A DNA stretch of 64,000 nt from Betaproteobacteria bacterium HGW-Betaproteobacteria-3 (GCA_002842205.1 PHCI01000010.1:28460-92459); one strand, 5' to 3'; counted from the first letter of the stretch, positions 41,473 to 53,751 are shown. The notes: generated by a model not told the origin, from the letters alone. Made by a program: numbers and translations.

Positions 41473-42210
41473 ATGAGCACACCACTGCTTCAGATCCAGG
41501 GCTTGCGCGCCGGCTATGGCCGTGCCGAGGTGTTGCACGGCATTGACCTGCGCGCCGATGCCGGCGGCGTGATCACCGTGATCGGCCCCAACGGCGCCGG
41601 CAAGTCCACCCTTCTCAACACGGTGATGGGCCTCCTGCCGGGCAAGGGCAGCATCCGCTTCAATGGCGAGGACATCACGGCGCTCGCCCTGGAAGAACGC
41701 GTGATGCTGGGGATGGCCCTGGTGCCCGAAAAGCGCGAGCTGTTCGGCACGATGACGGTCGAGGACAACCTGGTGCTCGGCGGCTATCGGCAGATGCGGC
41801 TGGGCCATGCCCGCTGGCGCGACCGGCTGGCCGATGTTTTCGATCTCTTTCCGCGGCTGAAAGAGCGCCGGACCCAGCTGGCCGGCACGCTGTCCGGCGG
41901 CGAACGCCAGATGCTGGCGGTCGGCCGCGCCTTGATGGGACGCCCGTCCCTGCTGATGCTCGACGAACCCAGCCTGGGCCTTGCACCGCTGATCGTTCGC
42001 GAAATCTTCGCCATCGTCCAGACCCTGCGTCAGACCGGCGTGACCATTGTCCTGGTGGAACAGAACGCCCGCGCCGCGCTGCAGGTGGCCGATCACGGCT
42101 ACGTGCTGGAGATGGGCGAACTCGCGCTCGAAGGTCCGGCCGACTCGCTGGCCAATGACCCGCGCGTGATCGAAACCTACCTGGGCACGAACCGCTCCGC
42201 CACCCCATGA
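41473..42210 (+). CDS. ABC ATP-binding subunit (LivF-like)
   Basis: [27 protein letters not shown]. Confidence 0.92.
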   Translation: MSTPLLQIQGLRAGYGRAEVLHGIDLRADAGGVITVIGPNGAGKSTLLNTVMGLLPGKGSIRFNGEDITALALEERVMLGMALVPEKRELFGTMTVEDNLVLGGYRQMRLGHARWRDRLADVFDLFPRLKERRTQLAGTLSGGERQMLAVGRALMGRPSLLMLDEPSLGLAPLIVREIFAIVQTLRQTGVTIVLVEQNARAALQVADHGYVLEMGELALEGPADSLANDPRVIETYLGTNRSATP

Positions 42211-44009
42211 GCCACTACCTGCCCCAACCCGCCGAACACGGCTTCATCCTGCTCGACGTCCTGCAGGCGCCCCAGGCCCTGAGCGCCTTGCCCGCGCTGG
42301 CCGAGCACGCGGACGCCGACCTGCTGCGCCAGGTGCTCGACGAAGCCGGCAGGTTTGTCGGCGAAGTGGTGGCCCCGCTGAACCGCGGCGGCGATGAGGT
42401 GGGAGCGCAATGGAGGGCCGGCGCCGTCACCATGCCACCCGGCTTTCGCGATGCCTACCAGGCATTCTGGCAAGCGGGCTGGCCTTCGCTCGCCTGTGCC
42501 CCGGAAGACGGCGGACAGGGCCTGCCCTCGGCGCTGGAGGCTGTGCTGTATGAAATGCTCAGCGCCGCCAACCACGGCTGGACCATGGCGCCCGGCCTGC
42601 TGCACGGTGCGTATGAATGCATCAGGCACCACGCCTCGCCCGAATTGAAGGCGCGTTACCTGGAGAAACTGGCCACGGGCGAATGGCTGGCCACCATGTG
42701 CCTGACCGAACCCCAAGCGGGCTCCGACCTCGGCCTGGTGCGCACCAAGGCTGTGCCGCTGCCGAACGACCCTGAGCAGCGCTACGCGCTCAGCGGCACC
42801 AAGATCTTCATCTCCGGCGGTGAGCACGACCTGACCGACAACATCGTTCACCTCGTGCTCGCGCGCCTGCCCGACGCACCGCCCGGCCCCAAGGGGCTGT
42901 CGCTGTTCCTCTGCCCGAAGTTCTACGACGATGGCAACAGAAGTGCCGTGAACAGAAGTGCCGTGGTGTGCGAGCGCATCGAAGAAAAAATGGGCCTGCA
43001 CGGCAGCCCCACCTGCGTGATGCGCTTTGACGATGCGCCGGGCTGGCTCGTCGGTGAACCCGGCAAGGGCCTGAGCGCGATGTTCGTCATGATGAACGCC
43101 GCCCGTCTGCACGTTGCGCTGCAGGGCATCGGCCTGCTCGACGCCGCCTGGCAAAAAGCCGACGCCTATTCGAAGGAGCGGCGCCAGATGCGGGCACCGG
43201 GCCAGGGTCGCTCGGCCGGCGAGGCCGATTTCATTGCCGCGCACCCTGCGATGCGCCGCATCCTCGACACCCAGCGCGCCTGGATCGACGGCGGGCGCGT
43301 GCTGGCCTATCGCACCGCGCTGGCGCTGGACGTGCTCAAGCACCACCCGGATGCGGCGCGCCGCGACGCCGCGCAGCGCTGGTGCAGCCTGGTCACCCCC
43401 GTGCTCAAGGCCGCCTTCACCCACCAGGCGTTTTACGGCGCCAGCGAATGCCTGCAGGTGTTGGGCGGCCACGGTTATGTGCGCGAATGGGGCATCGAGC
43501 AGATCGTGCGCGACGCGCGGGTGGCCATGATCTACGAAGGCACCAACGAAATCCAGGCCATCGACCTGCTGGTGCGCAAGGTGCTGCCCGACGGCGGGGC
43601 CAGCCTGGGGCTGATGCTGGACGACCTGGCGCTGGACCTGCAGCCCGCACGGGCGACCCATGCGCGCGTGCTGGCGCAGCTGGCCGCCATCCGGCAAACC
43701 ACCCGCAGGCTGGTCAACGCTGCGGCGGCGGACAACACCGTGGCGTTCCGCGTCGCGGACGACTACCTGCGGGCGGTGGCCGTGGCGCTGCTGGGCTGGG
43801 CCTGGTCGCGCATCAACGCCGCCCTGGGGCCCGAATCGCCCGCCACGCCCGCCACGCCCGAAGGGGCCACGCGTTGGCATGCGCCCGCGCAAGCCCTGCG
43901 CCACTGGGTGCAGCCCGAGTTCGACATGCGGCTGGCCATCGTGCACGACCTCTGCGCAGCGCCCCACGACGTCACCCCGGAGGCGCAGGGGCGCCGCGAC
44001 GTGTTGTAA
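42207..44009 (+). CDS. Acyl-CoA dehydrogenase
   Basis: MCLTEPQAGSDL, GTKIFIS, KMGLHGSPT, IYEGTNEIQ. Confidence 0.92.
   Translation: MSHYLPQPAEHGFILLDVLQAPQALSALPALAEHADADLLRQVLDEAGRFVGEVVAPLNRGGDEVGAQWRAGAVTMPPGFRDAYQAFWQAGWPSLACAPEDGGQGLPSALEAVLYEMLSAANHGWTMAPGLLHGAYECIRHHASPELKARYLEKLATGEWLATMCLTEPQAGSDLGLVRTKAVPLPNDPEQRYALSGTKIFISGGEHDLTDNIVHLVLARLPDAPPGPKGLSLFLCPKFYDDGNRSAVNRSAVVCERIEEKMGLHGSPTCVMRFDDAPGWLVGEPGKGLSAMFVMMNAARLHVALQGIGLLDAAWQKADAYSKERRQMRAPGQGRSAGEADFIAAHPAMRRILDTQRAWIDGGRVLAYRTALALDVLKHHPDAARRDAAQRWCSLVTPVLKAAFTHQAFYGASECLQVLGGHGYVREWGIEQIVRDARVAMIYEGTNEIQAIDLLVRKVLPDGGASLGLMLDDLALDLQPARATHARVLAQLAAIRQTTRRLVNAAAADNTVAFRVADDYLRAVAVALLGWAWSRINAALGPESPATPATPEGATRWHAPAQALRHWVQPEFDMRLAIVHDLCAAPHDVTPEAQGRRDVL
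42936..42965 (+). repeat. Exact 15-bp in-frame tandem duplication
   Basis: aacagaagtgccgtg x2, encoding NRSAV-NRSAV. Confidence 0.9.
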
Positions 44010-44039
44010 GGTTCGGCCCTTGCCACTCTGAACCTGCCG

Positions 44040-44558
44040 ATGGCCACCCGACGCACCGCTGCCCAAACGCCCCCACCCACCCGCCGCCCCACCCCGCCTG
44101 CGGCGGCGCCCGCCGTGGACGCCGTGGACACCCGCTACCTCGAAACCCTGGTGGGCTACAACGCCCGCCGCGCCGCGCTGGCCGTCATCGAGGTGTTCCT
44201 GCCACGCATGGCGGTGTACGGGGTCAAGCCGGTGGAGTTCTCGGTGCTGTCGTTGGTCACCCACAACCCCGGCATCACCTCGCGCCAGCTGTGCACCACG
44301 CTGGGCCTGTTGCCGCCCAATCTGGTCGGCATGATCAGCGGCTTTGAAAAACGCGCGCTGATCCAGCGGCGGCCGCACCCCACCGACGGACGCGCCGTCG
44401 GGCTGCACCTGACCCCCGATGGTGAAAAGCTCATGCGCGAGGCCGAGCAGGCCGCAGCCGCGCTGGAGGGCGAGGCCACCTCGGGCCTGAGCCCGGCCGA
44501 ACGCAAGACCCTCATGCGATTGCTGCAAAAAGTCTACAAACCCCGGTCATCACGGTAA
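44040..44558 (+). CDS. MarR-family regulator of the aromatic cluster
   Basis: LVGYNARRA, NPGITSRQL, DGRAVGLHLTPDG. Confidence 0.9.
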   Translation: MATRRTAAQTPPPTRRPTPPAAAPAVDAVDTRYLETLVGYNARRAALAVIEVFLPRMAVYGVKPVEFSVLSLVTHNPGITSRQLCTTLGLLPPNLVGMISGFEKRALIQRRPHPTDGRAVGLHLTPDGEKLMREAEQAAAALEGEATSGLSPAERKTLMRLLQKVYKPRSSR

Positions 44559-44622
44559 ATTTGAGACATTTTTGACCTCCAGTCCACGCCAATGGGTCGC
44601 AATCAGCTACCAAACTTGTAGC
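44557..44622 (-). repeat. Dispersed element, copy 7 (tail touches MarR stop)
   Basis: Minus strand: GCTA caagtttgg TAGC tgattgcgaccca TTGGCGTGGACT ggaggtcaaaaatgtctcaaat. Confidence 0.75.
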
Positions 44623-44734
44623 GTCCTGAAATTTGCGATATAGTCGGCCCGCTGGCGCAGGCCCTGCCCGGTGACAGCGCCGGACATCGAATGCCACGCC
44701 CGATCACGCACTCAGACGCAAAGGAGATCACAGA

Positions 44735-45043
44735 ATGAGTTCCAAGGAAAACGCCGCGGTCAGCCAACTGCTTGCCTTGCTGGAAGCGCGCTATGCACTG
44801 CGCGTGCTCTGGGCACTGCGGGACGGGCATCCGCAGACCTTCCGCCTGCTGCAGGACAGCGTGGGCAACATCACCCCCAACACCCTGAACACCCGCCTCA
44901 AGGAACTGCGCGCCGCCGGCCTGATGAACCACGGCACCAGCGGCTACGGCTTGACGTCGGCGGGCGCAGACCTGCTCAAACGCCTGTCCGACCTGCAGGC
45001 CTTTGCCGGCAAGTGGGCCACCAATCAGGCCAAAAAGAAGTAA
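44735..45043 (+). CDS. HxlR-family winged-helix regulator
   Basis: ALRVLWAL, TFRLLQ, TLNTRLKEL, YGLT. Confidence 0.85.
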   Translation: MSSKENAAVSQLLALLEARYALRVLWALRDGHPQTFRLLQDSVGNITPNTLNTRLKELRAAGLMNHGTSGYGLTSAGADLLKRLSDLQAFAGKWATNQAKKK

Positions 45044-45066
45044 CCTCTGCCACGCCGTGGCCACTG

Positions 45067-45094
45067 AAGGACAGGCATTGCCTGTCCTTTTTTT
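45067..45094 (+). terminator. Intrinsic terminator after HxlR gene
   Basis: aaggacaggc-att-gcctgtcctt followed by a T-run. Confidence 0.8.
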
Positions 45095-45095
45095 A

Positions 45096-45147
45096 TAGCA
45101 AACTATTTCCATTTGACGGGGGCTTCAATGGAAAAACACCTTCAAAC
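45096..45147 (+). repeat. Dispersed element, copy 8 (left arm missing; contains FAH start codon)
   Basis: TAGC aaactatttccat TTGACGGGGGCT tcaATGgaaaaacaccttcaaac. Confidence 0.8.
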
Positions 45148-46318
45148 TGCAGCCGTGCTGCCGCACGACCACGAACGCGCCGTGCTCATTGGTCGCCTCT
45201 GGACCGAAGGCGCCGGACCCACACTGGTGCGCGTGCAGGGCGACGGGGTGTACGACCTCTCCCAGCTTGCCGCCACCTGCACCCAGCTGCTGGAGATGAC
45301 CGACCCGGTGGGCACCGTGCGCAAATTCCGCGGCCCCCGGCTGGCCCCCACGGCCGAGGTGCTGGCCAACTCCGGGCCCGACGCCTGCAACCCGGCGGTC
45401 TCGCGCTTTCTGGCGCCTTGCGACCTGCAGGCGATCAAGGCGGCGGGCGTGACCTTTGTCTCCAGCATGCTCGAGCGCGTGATCGAGGAGCAGGCGCGCG
45501 GCGATGCAGCCAAGGCCGAATCGGTGCGCCGGGCCGTGGTGGCCGTCATCGGCGACAACCTGTCGGCCGTGCGGCCCGGCTCGCCCGAAGCCCTGAAGCT
45601 CAAGGACGTGCTGATCGCCCAGGGCGTGTGGTCGCAGTACCTGGAGGTCGGCATCGGCCCCGACGCGGAGATCTTCACCAAATCGCAGCCCATGAGCGCG
45701 ATCGGCGTCGGCGCAGAAGTCGGCATGCACCCCGACAGCCGCTGGAACAACCCCGAACCCGAAATCGTGCTGGCCGTCAACAGCCGGGGCGAGGTCCAAG
45801 GTGCCACGCTGGGCAACGACATGAACCTGCGCGACTTCGAAGGCCGCAGCGCCCTGCTGCTGGGCAAGGCCAAGGACAACAACGCGAGCTGCGCCATCGG
45901 CCCGTTCATCCGCCTGTTTGACGACGATCACTTCACCCTGGACACCGTGCGCCAGTGCGACCTGGCCATGCGGGTCACGGGGCCGCAAGGGTTTGTCATG
46001 GAAGGCAGCAGCGCGCTGTCGATGATCAGCCGCGACCCGCTCGACCTGGCCACCCAGGCCATGGGCGCCCCGGGCCAGCCCACGCACCAGTACCCCGACG
46101 GCTTCATGCTGTTCCTGGGCACCATGTTCGCGCCGACGCAAGACCGCCACGGCCCGGGTCAGGGCTTCACCCACGTGGTGGGCGATGTGGTCACCATTTC
46201 AACCCCCGCCCTGGGCACGCTGGTCAACCGCGTCAACACCTCGGACCGCATCGCGCCGTGGACCTACGGCACCGGCGCGCTCATGCGCGATCTGGCCCGG
46301 CGCGGGCTGCTGGCATAA
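45128..46318 (+). CDS. Fumarylacetoacetate hydrolase family protein
   Basis: KAAGVTF, AEIFTK, WNNPEPE, LGNDMNLRDFEGRSALLLGKAKD. Confidence 0.88.
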   Translation: MEKHLQTAAVLPHDHERAVLIGRLWTEGAGPTLVRVQGDGVYDLSQLAATCTQLLEMTDPVGTVRKFRGPRLAPTAEVLANSGPDACNPAVSRFLAPCDLQAIKAAGVTFVSSMLERVIEEQARGDAAKAESVRRAVVAVIGDNLSAVRPGSPEALKLKDVLIAQGVWSQYLEVGIGPDAEIFTKSQPMSAIGVGAEVGMHPDSRWNNPEPEIVLAVNSRGEVQGATLGNDMNLRDFEGRSALLLGKAKDNNASCAIGPFIRLFDDDHFTLDTVRQCDLAMRVTGPQGFVMEGSSALSMISRDPLDLATQAMGAPGQPTHQYPDGFMLFLGTMFAPTQDRHGPGQGFTHVVGDVVTISTPALGTLVNRVNTSDRIAPWTYGTGALMRDLARRGLLA

Positions 46319-46327
46319 TTCCGGGTT

Positions 46328-46393
46328 GATTTTCAAGCTTTTTCGCACTGAAGCCCCCGTCAAACGGTGATCTTCAGCTATTCATTTAATAGT
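46328..46393 (-). repeat. Dispersed element, copy 9
   Basis: Minus strand: ACTA ttaaatgaa TAGC tgaagatcaccgt TTGACGGGGGCT tcagtgcgaaaaagcttgaaaa. Confidence 0.85.
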
Positions 46394-46407
46394 AACCAAG
46401 GACCCCC

Positions 46408-46758
46408 ATGATCACCACCCCCAGCGGCCTGCAATACGACGACACCACCGAGGGCACCGGCGCCGAAGCCCTGGTCGGCCAGCATGTGCACGTGCACTAC
46501 ACCGGCTGGCTCTACAACGACGGCGTGCAGGGCGCCAAGTTCGACTCCAGCGTGGACCGCGGCGACCCATTCGCCTTCTCGCTGGGCGCCGGCCAGGTCA
46601 TCAAGGGCTGGGACGAAGGCGTGGCCGGCATGAAGATCGGCGGCAAGCGCACCCTGATCATCCCCGCGGCCCTGGGCTACGGCGCCCGCGGTGCGGGCGG
46701 CGTGATTCCGCCCAACGCCACGCTGAAATTCGACGTCGAGCTGCTGGGCGCCCACTGA
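46408..46758 (+). CDS. FKBP-type peptidyl-prolyl isomerase
   Basis: [37 protein letters not shown]. Confidence 0.95.
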   Translation: MITTPSGLQYDDTTEGTGAEALVGQHVHVHYTGWLYNDGVQGAKFDSSVDRGDPFAFSLGAGQVIKGWDEGVAGMKIGGKRTLIIPAALGYGARGAGGVIPPNATLKFDVELLGAH

Positions 46759-46869
46759 CCCTTGAGTCAACAAGGGCCGCGCCCGCCGCAGACCCGCGGG
46801 CGCGGCGCCCCGGCAACGACCCCGGCCCGGCCGACGGCGCGTGCAAATCATTTTTTGCACCTGCGGCGC

Positions 46870-46894
46870 CTTGAAAAAGCCCCCTGCGCCCCAA
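46870..46894 (+). promoter_or_regulatory. sigma32 promoter of grpE
   Basis: CTTGAA-N13-CCCCAA. Confidence 0.65.
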
Positions 46895-46943
46895 GGTCAT
46901 GCCCATTCATCCGAAACCACCGGCCGCAGGCCGCAGAAGCCTC

Positions 46944-47534
46944 ATGTCCGATCCCGAAAAAATTGACCCGGCCCAAAACCTTGGCGCCGACCCCTCGCCC
47001 GAAGAGCTGGAGGCCGCACTGGCCGCCAACTACGCCGACGCCCAGGCGCAAGCCCAGGTCCAGGCCGATCTGACCGCGCAGCTTGCCGACCTGCAGGCCA
47101 AAAACGCCGAGCTGTCCGACCAGTACCTGCGCGCGCAGGCCGACGTGCAAAACGCCCGCCGACGGGCCGACGAAGAAGTCGCCAAGGCCCGCCGGTTTGC
47201 GGTCGAAGCCTTTGCCGAGAGCCTGCTGCCGGTCACCGACAGCCTGGAAGCCGGACTGGCCGTCCAGACCGCCACGCCCGAGCAGATCCGCGAAGGCGCC
47301 GAAGCCACACTGCGCCAGCTCAAGAGCGCCCTGGAGCGCAACAAGGTGATCGAGATCAACCCGGCCAGCGGCGCCAGGTTCGATCCGCACCAGCACCAGG
47401 CCATCAGCGTGGTGCCCGCGCCCGACGGCGCCACCCAGGAGGCCAACACCATCGTGACCGTGCTGCAAAAGGGCTACACCATCGCCGAACGCGTGCTGCG
47501 CCCGGCCCTGGTCACCGTCACCGCCCCCCAATAA
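46944..47534 (+). CDS. grpE: Nucleotide exchange factor GrpE
   Basis: [32 protein letters not shown]. Confidence 0.95.
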   Translation: MSDPEKIDPAQNLGADPSPEELEAALAANYADAQAQAQVQADLTAQLADLQAKNAELSDQYLRAQADVQNARRRADEEVAKARRFAVEAFAESLLPVTDSLEAGLAVQTATPEQIREGAEATLRQLKSALERNKVIEINPASGARFDPHQHQAISVVPAPDGATQEANTIVTVLQKGYTIAERVLRPALVTVTAPQ

Positions 47535-47561
47535 AAACACCGGACAACCCGCCGCCCGCGA

Positions 47562-47587
47562 CTTGAAATCCGGCAGGTTATCCACAA
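47562..47587 (+). promoter_or_regulatory. sigma32 promoter of dnaK with overlapping DnaA box
   Basis: CTTGAA-N14-CCACAA; TTATCCACA at 47578-47586. Confidence 0.65.
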
Positions 47588-47626
47588 GTCATCAACATCT
47601 TCATTCACCGATCTCAGGAGCAGAAC

Positions 47627-49576
<1,950 letters not shown>

Positions 49577-49676
49577 CGATGGCGGCGCGCTGCGCCGCTT
49601 TGAATCGCCGCGTCTGAACGGTTCCTGCCGGAATCTTCAACGCGGCGTTTTGCATGAAACAGGCTGACGGATCAAC

Positions 49677-50825
49677 ATGGCAAAACGAGACTATTACGAG
49701 ACCCTCGGCGTTCCCAAGAACGCCAGCGAAGAGGAAATCAAGAAAGCCTATCGCAAGCTTGCGATGAAGCACCACCCTGACCGCAACCAGGGCGATGCCG
49801 CCAAGGCGGCCGAGGCCAGGTTCAAGGAAGCCAAGGAAGCCTACGAGATGCTGTCGGACGCGCAAAAGCGTGCCGCCTACGACCAGTATGGCCACGCCGG
49901 CGTGGACCCCAACATGCGCGGGCCCGGCGGGCCGGGCGCCGAAGGTTTCGGCGGCTTCTCGGAAGCCTTTGGCGACATCTTTGGCGACATCTTCGGGGGC
50001 CAGCGTGGCGCGGCGGGTGGCGGGCGCGGCGGTCGGCAGGTCTTCCGCGGCAGCGACCTCAGCTATGCGATGGAAGTCTCGCTGGAGGAAGCCGCCCACG
50101 GCAAGGAGGCGCAGATCCGCATCCCGACCTGGGACGCCTGCGAAACCTGTCACGGCACAGGTGCCAAACCCGGCACGCAAGCCAAGACCTGCAGCACCTG
50201 CAACGGCGCAGGTGCGGTGCAGATGCGCCAGGGTTTCTTCAGCGTGCAGCAAACCTGCCCGACCTGTCGCGGCAGCGGCAAATTCATCACCGACCCCTGC
50301 AACAGCTGCCATGGCCAGGGCAAGGTCAAGAAGAACAAGACGCTGGAGGTCAAGATTCCCGCCGGCATCGACGACGGCATGCGCATCCGCAGCGCGGGCA
50401 ACGGCGAGCCCGGCACCAATGGCGGCCCGCCGGGCGACCTGTTCATCGAGATCCGCCTCAAGAAGCACGACATTTTCGAGCGCGACGGCGACGACCTGCA
50501 CTGCCAGGTGCCGATCAGCTTCACCACGGCGGCCCTGGGCGGCGAGATCGAGGTGCCCACCCTGGCGGGCAAGGCCGCCATCGACATCCCCGAGGGCACA
50601 CAGGCGGGCAAGCAGTTCCGGCTGCGGGGCAAGGGCATCAAGGGCGTGCGCTCCAGCTATCCCGGCGACCTGTATTGCCACATCAGCGTGGAAACCCCCG
50701 TCAAGCTGACCGAGCACCAGCGCAAGCTGCTCAAGGATTTTGACGAGTCGATCCGCAAAGGCGGTGTCAAACACTCCCCGAGTGAAGGCGGCTGGACCGA
50801 AAAGCTCAAGAGCTTTTTCAGCTGA
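49677..50825 (+). CDS. dnaJ: Chaperone DnaJ
   Basis: J-domain HPD, G/F region, four CxxCxGxG repeats. Confidence 0.98.
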   Translation: MAKRDYYETLGVPKNASEEEIKKAYRKLAMKHHPDRNQGDAAKAAEARFKEAKEAYEMLSDAQKRAAYDQYGHAGVDPNMRGPGGPGAEGFGGFSEAFGDIFGDIFGGQRGAAGGGRGGRQVFRGSDLSYAMEVSLEEAAHGKEAQIRIPTWDACETCHGTGAKPGTQAKTCSTCNGAGAVQMRQGFFSVQQTCPTCRGSGKFITDPCNSCHGQGKVKKNKTLEVKIPAGIDDGMRIRSAGNGEPGTNGGPPGDLFIEIRLKKHDIFERDGDDLHCQVPISFTTAALGGEIEVPTLAGKAAIDIPEGTQAGKQFRLRGKGIKGVRSSYPGDLYCHISVETPVKLTEHQRKLLKDFDESIRKGGVKHSPSEGGWTEKLKSFFS

Positions 50826-50942
50826 GCCCCTGCCAGCCGCTGCGAAAGTCCGCAAACGCCACGATCCCTTGACCGGATCGTGGCGTTTCGCTTTGGGCAC
50901 GCGCTACCATGGACCCTGCCCTTCAACGCAACGGGTCAGCAC

Positions 50943-52307
50943 ATGAGCGTCACCATCACCTTCCTCGGCGGCACGGGCACGGTCACCGGCTCCAAATACC
51001 TGGTCGAACACGAAGGCCAACGACTGCTCGTGGACTGCGGGCTGTTCCAGGGCTACAAGCTGCTGCGCCTGCGCAACTGGAGCCCGTTGCCCGTGGTGCC
51101 GGGCCAGATCCACGCCGTGGTGCTGACCCATGCCCACCTGGACCACAGCGGCTACACCCCGTTGCTGGCCCGCGAAGGGTTCCATGGGCGCGTCTGGGCC
51201 ACACCGGCCACGCGCGACCTGTGCGGCATCCTGTGGCCCGACAGCGGGCACATCCAGGAAGAAGACGCCGCGTTTGCCAATCGCCATGGCATCTCCAAGC
51301 ACAAGCCCGCCCTGCCCCTCTACACCAAGGCCGACGCCGTGGCGGCCCTCAAGCGGCTTCATGCCGCGCCGTTTGGCAAACCGTTCGAGCCCATCAAAGG
51401 CTGGAAAGCCACCTTTTCAGAAGCCGGTCACATCCTTGGCGCGGCCAGTCTGCTGCTCGAGGTCGGCGGACGTCGCATCCTGTTCTCGGGCGATCTGGGC
51501 CGCCCCGATGACCTCATCATGAAGCCCCCCGCGCCGCCACCCGCCGCGGATGTGGTGCTGATCGAATCCACCTACGGCGACCGCACACACCCCAAGGAAG
51601 ACCTGCTGGGCGAACTGGGGCCGGCGCTGCAGCGCGTGGCCGCGCGGGGCGGTGTCGCCGTGATCCCGGTTTTTGCCGTGGGCCGGGCCCAGGCCGTGCT
51701 GTACGCCATTTCGCAGCTCAAGGCATCGCAGACCATTCCCAGCGCGCTGCCGGTGTTTCTGGACAGCCCCATGGCCGTGCACACCACCGGACTGTTCGAA
51801 CACCACCCCGACGGGTACCGGCTGACGCCGCAGGAGGCCACAGCCATGTCGCATGTGGCCGCCATGGTGGAGACGCCCGAACAATCCAAGGCCATCGCCC
51901 AACGCCACGGCCCGATGGTGATCCTCTCGGCCAGTGGCATGGCCACCGGTGGCCGGGTGCTGCACCATCTGGCCCTGTATGCGGGGGGCCACCGCAACAT
52001 GATCATCCTCACTGGCTACCAGGCGCCGGGCACGCGCGGCGCCACCTTGTCCAGCGGGGCGCGCAGTGTGCGCATTCACGGCCAGGACGTGGCGGTGAAT
52101 GCCGAAGTGGTGCAGCTCGAATCGGCCTCGGCCCATGCCGACAGCCATCAGTTGCTGGACTGGCTGCGCGCCATGCCGGGCGCCCCGCAGCAGGTGTACG
52201 TGGTGCATGGCGACATGGGCGCCTCAGACGAGTTGCGCAAGCGCATCGAGCACGAACTGAAATGGCCGGCGATGACGCCCGAGCACGGCGCAACCTGGGC
52301 GGCCTGA
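50943..52307 (+). CDS. MBL-fold metallo-hydrolase, beta-CASP RNase family
   Basis: VTGS, DCGLFQG, THAHLDHSG, ESTYGDR, SAHAD, VHG. Confidence 0.9.
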   Translation: MSVTITFLGGTGTVTGSKYLVEHEGQRLLVDCGLFQGYKLLRLRNWSPLPVVPGQIHAVVLTHAHLDHSGYTPLLAREGFHGRVWATPATRDLCGILWPDSGHIQEEDAAFANRHGISKHKPALPLYTKADAVAALKRLHAAPFGKPFEPIKGWKATFSEAGHILGAASLLLEVGGRRILFSGDLGRPDDLIMKPPAPPPAADVVLIESTYGDRTHPKEDLLGELGPALQRVAARGGVAVIPVFAVGRAQAVLYAISQLKASQTIPSALPVFLDSPMAVHTTGLFEHHPDGYRLTPQEATAMSHVAAMVETPEQSKAIAQRHGPMVILSASGMATGGRVLHHLALYAGGHRNMIILTGYQAPGTRGATLSSGARSVRIHGQDVAVNAEVVQLESASAHADSHQLLDWLRAMPGAPQQVYVVHGDMGASDELRKRIEHELKWPAMTPEHGATWAA

Positions 52308-52309
52308 AC

Positions 52310-53581
52310 TCATGACAACGCAGTGGCGGGTCGGGCCCCACCGCCCGCGCCTGAACGCCGGACACGATCGAGCAGAAAAAGCACAATGCCCAGGTTCAGC
52401 AGGTTCCAGCCAATGCCGTTGACAAACGCGGCCTGGTACGAGCCGGTCAGGTCGAACACCTTGCCCGACAGCCAGCCGCCGAGCGCCATGCCCAGCATGG
52501 TGGCCATGATGACCGCGCCCACGCGTGCCCCGGCCTCGGCCGGTGAAAAGTACTCCCGCACGATGATGGCGTACGACGGCACGATGCCGCCCTGAAACAG
52601 CCCGAACAGCGCCGCGATCACATACAGCGACACCAGCCCGTCAAACGGGAGGAACAAAATCAGCGCCACGGTCTGCAGAAACGACCCGAACAACAGCGTG
52701 CGCAGGCCGCCGATGCGGTCGCAGACCACCCCGGACACCAGCCGGCTCACAATGCCGCAGGCCAGCATCAGTGACAGCATTTCGGCGCCGCGGGCGGCCC
52801 CAAAACCCAGATCGGTGCAATACGCCACGATATGCACCTGCGGCATCGACATGGCCACGCAGCAGGCCACGCCGGCCACACACAGCAGCGCCTGCGCCCG
52901 GCCCACCGGCAACCCAAACGGCTGGTCGGCAGAACCGGCGTGGCCCCGCACCACGGGCGACGCCACCGCCACGGGCGGACGCCGGCGCATCAGCAGGGCC
53001 AGCGCCGTCATGGTCACAAAGCAGAAAATCCCCAGGCCCAGATAGGTCTGCCGCCAGCCGACCGACGCCACAAAATGCTGCACGATGGGGGGCCAGATCG
53101 CGCCCCCCAGGTAGTTGCCGCTGGCGCACACCGCCACCGCAATGCCGCGCCGCCGCAGAAACCACAGCGAAGTGTCGGCCAACAGCGGTGCGAACGTGGC
53201 CGAAGCGCCCAGAAATCCGATCAGCAACCCGTGCGCCACCGCAAACATGAGAATGCCACCCGACAGCGACGACGCGATGAACCCCAGCCCCAGGCCCGTC
53301 GCGCCCACCATCAGCGGCACGGTCACGCCAAAGCGGTCGGCCAGCCGCCCCATCCACATGCCGCCCACCCCGAAGCCGATCATGAGCAGGGTGTAGGGCA
53401 GTGAGGCGTCGGCCCGCGCCACACCGAATTCGGCCTGCACCGTGGGCAGCACCACCGGCACCACGTACATGCCGCTGGCGCCCACCGTCATGAGCAGCAG
53501 TGTGATCACGAGCCGCGTCATGGCGTAGCGCGAGTCAATCAGCTCGGACGAAGCCGGGGCGCCGCCCCGCTGGGACATCAT
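52310..53581 (-). CDS. MFS transporter
   Basis: GRLADRFG motif A, ~12 TM, CDRIGG; start uncertain. Confidence 0.88.
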   Translation of the reverse strand: MMSQRGGAPASSELIDSRYAMTRLVITLLLMTVGASGMYVVPVVLPTVQAEFGVARADASLPYTLLMIGFGVGGMWMGRLADRFGVTVPLMVGATGLGLGFIASSLSGGILMFAVAHGLLIGFLGASATFAPLLADTSLWFLRRRGIAVAVCASGNYLGGAIWPPIVQHFVASVGWRQTYLGLGIFCFVTMTALALLMRRRPPVAVASPVVRGHAGSADQPFGLPVGRAQALLCVAGVACCVAMSMPQVHIVAYCTDLGFGAARGAEMLSLMLACGIVSRLVSGVVCDRIGGLRTLLFGSFLQTVALILFLPFDGLVSLYVIAALFGLFQGGIVPSYAIIVREYFSPAEAGARVGAVIMATMLGMALGGWLSGKVFDLTGSYQAAFVNGIGWNLLNLGIVLFLLDRVRRSGAGGGARPATALS

Positions 53582-53751
53582 GACAGGTGGCGCAGGCTGC
53601 GCAGGCAATGAAGCATGGGTTGTCTCCGTTTGGACACGCCCAGGTGCAGGCTCTGGCATGCCTTTGGATGGCGAGCGTAGCATCCCACGCAACAGCTCGC
53701 TGGTCACCGTGCCTTATAGTTGCCGGCTTGAATCACTGAACGGGTTTTCCC

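Noticed and set aside
49578..49660. GC-rich hairpins between dnaK and dnaJ as an ncRNA
   Set aside because: Consistent with ordinary intercistronic stabiliser or attenuating stems; no further support.
50943..52307. Beta-lactamase or anti-phage MBL nuclease
   Set aside because: The motifs fit the widespread beta-CASP RNA-processing family; there is no signal peptide and no defence-island context.
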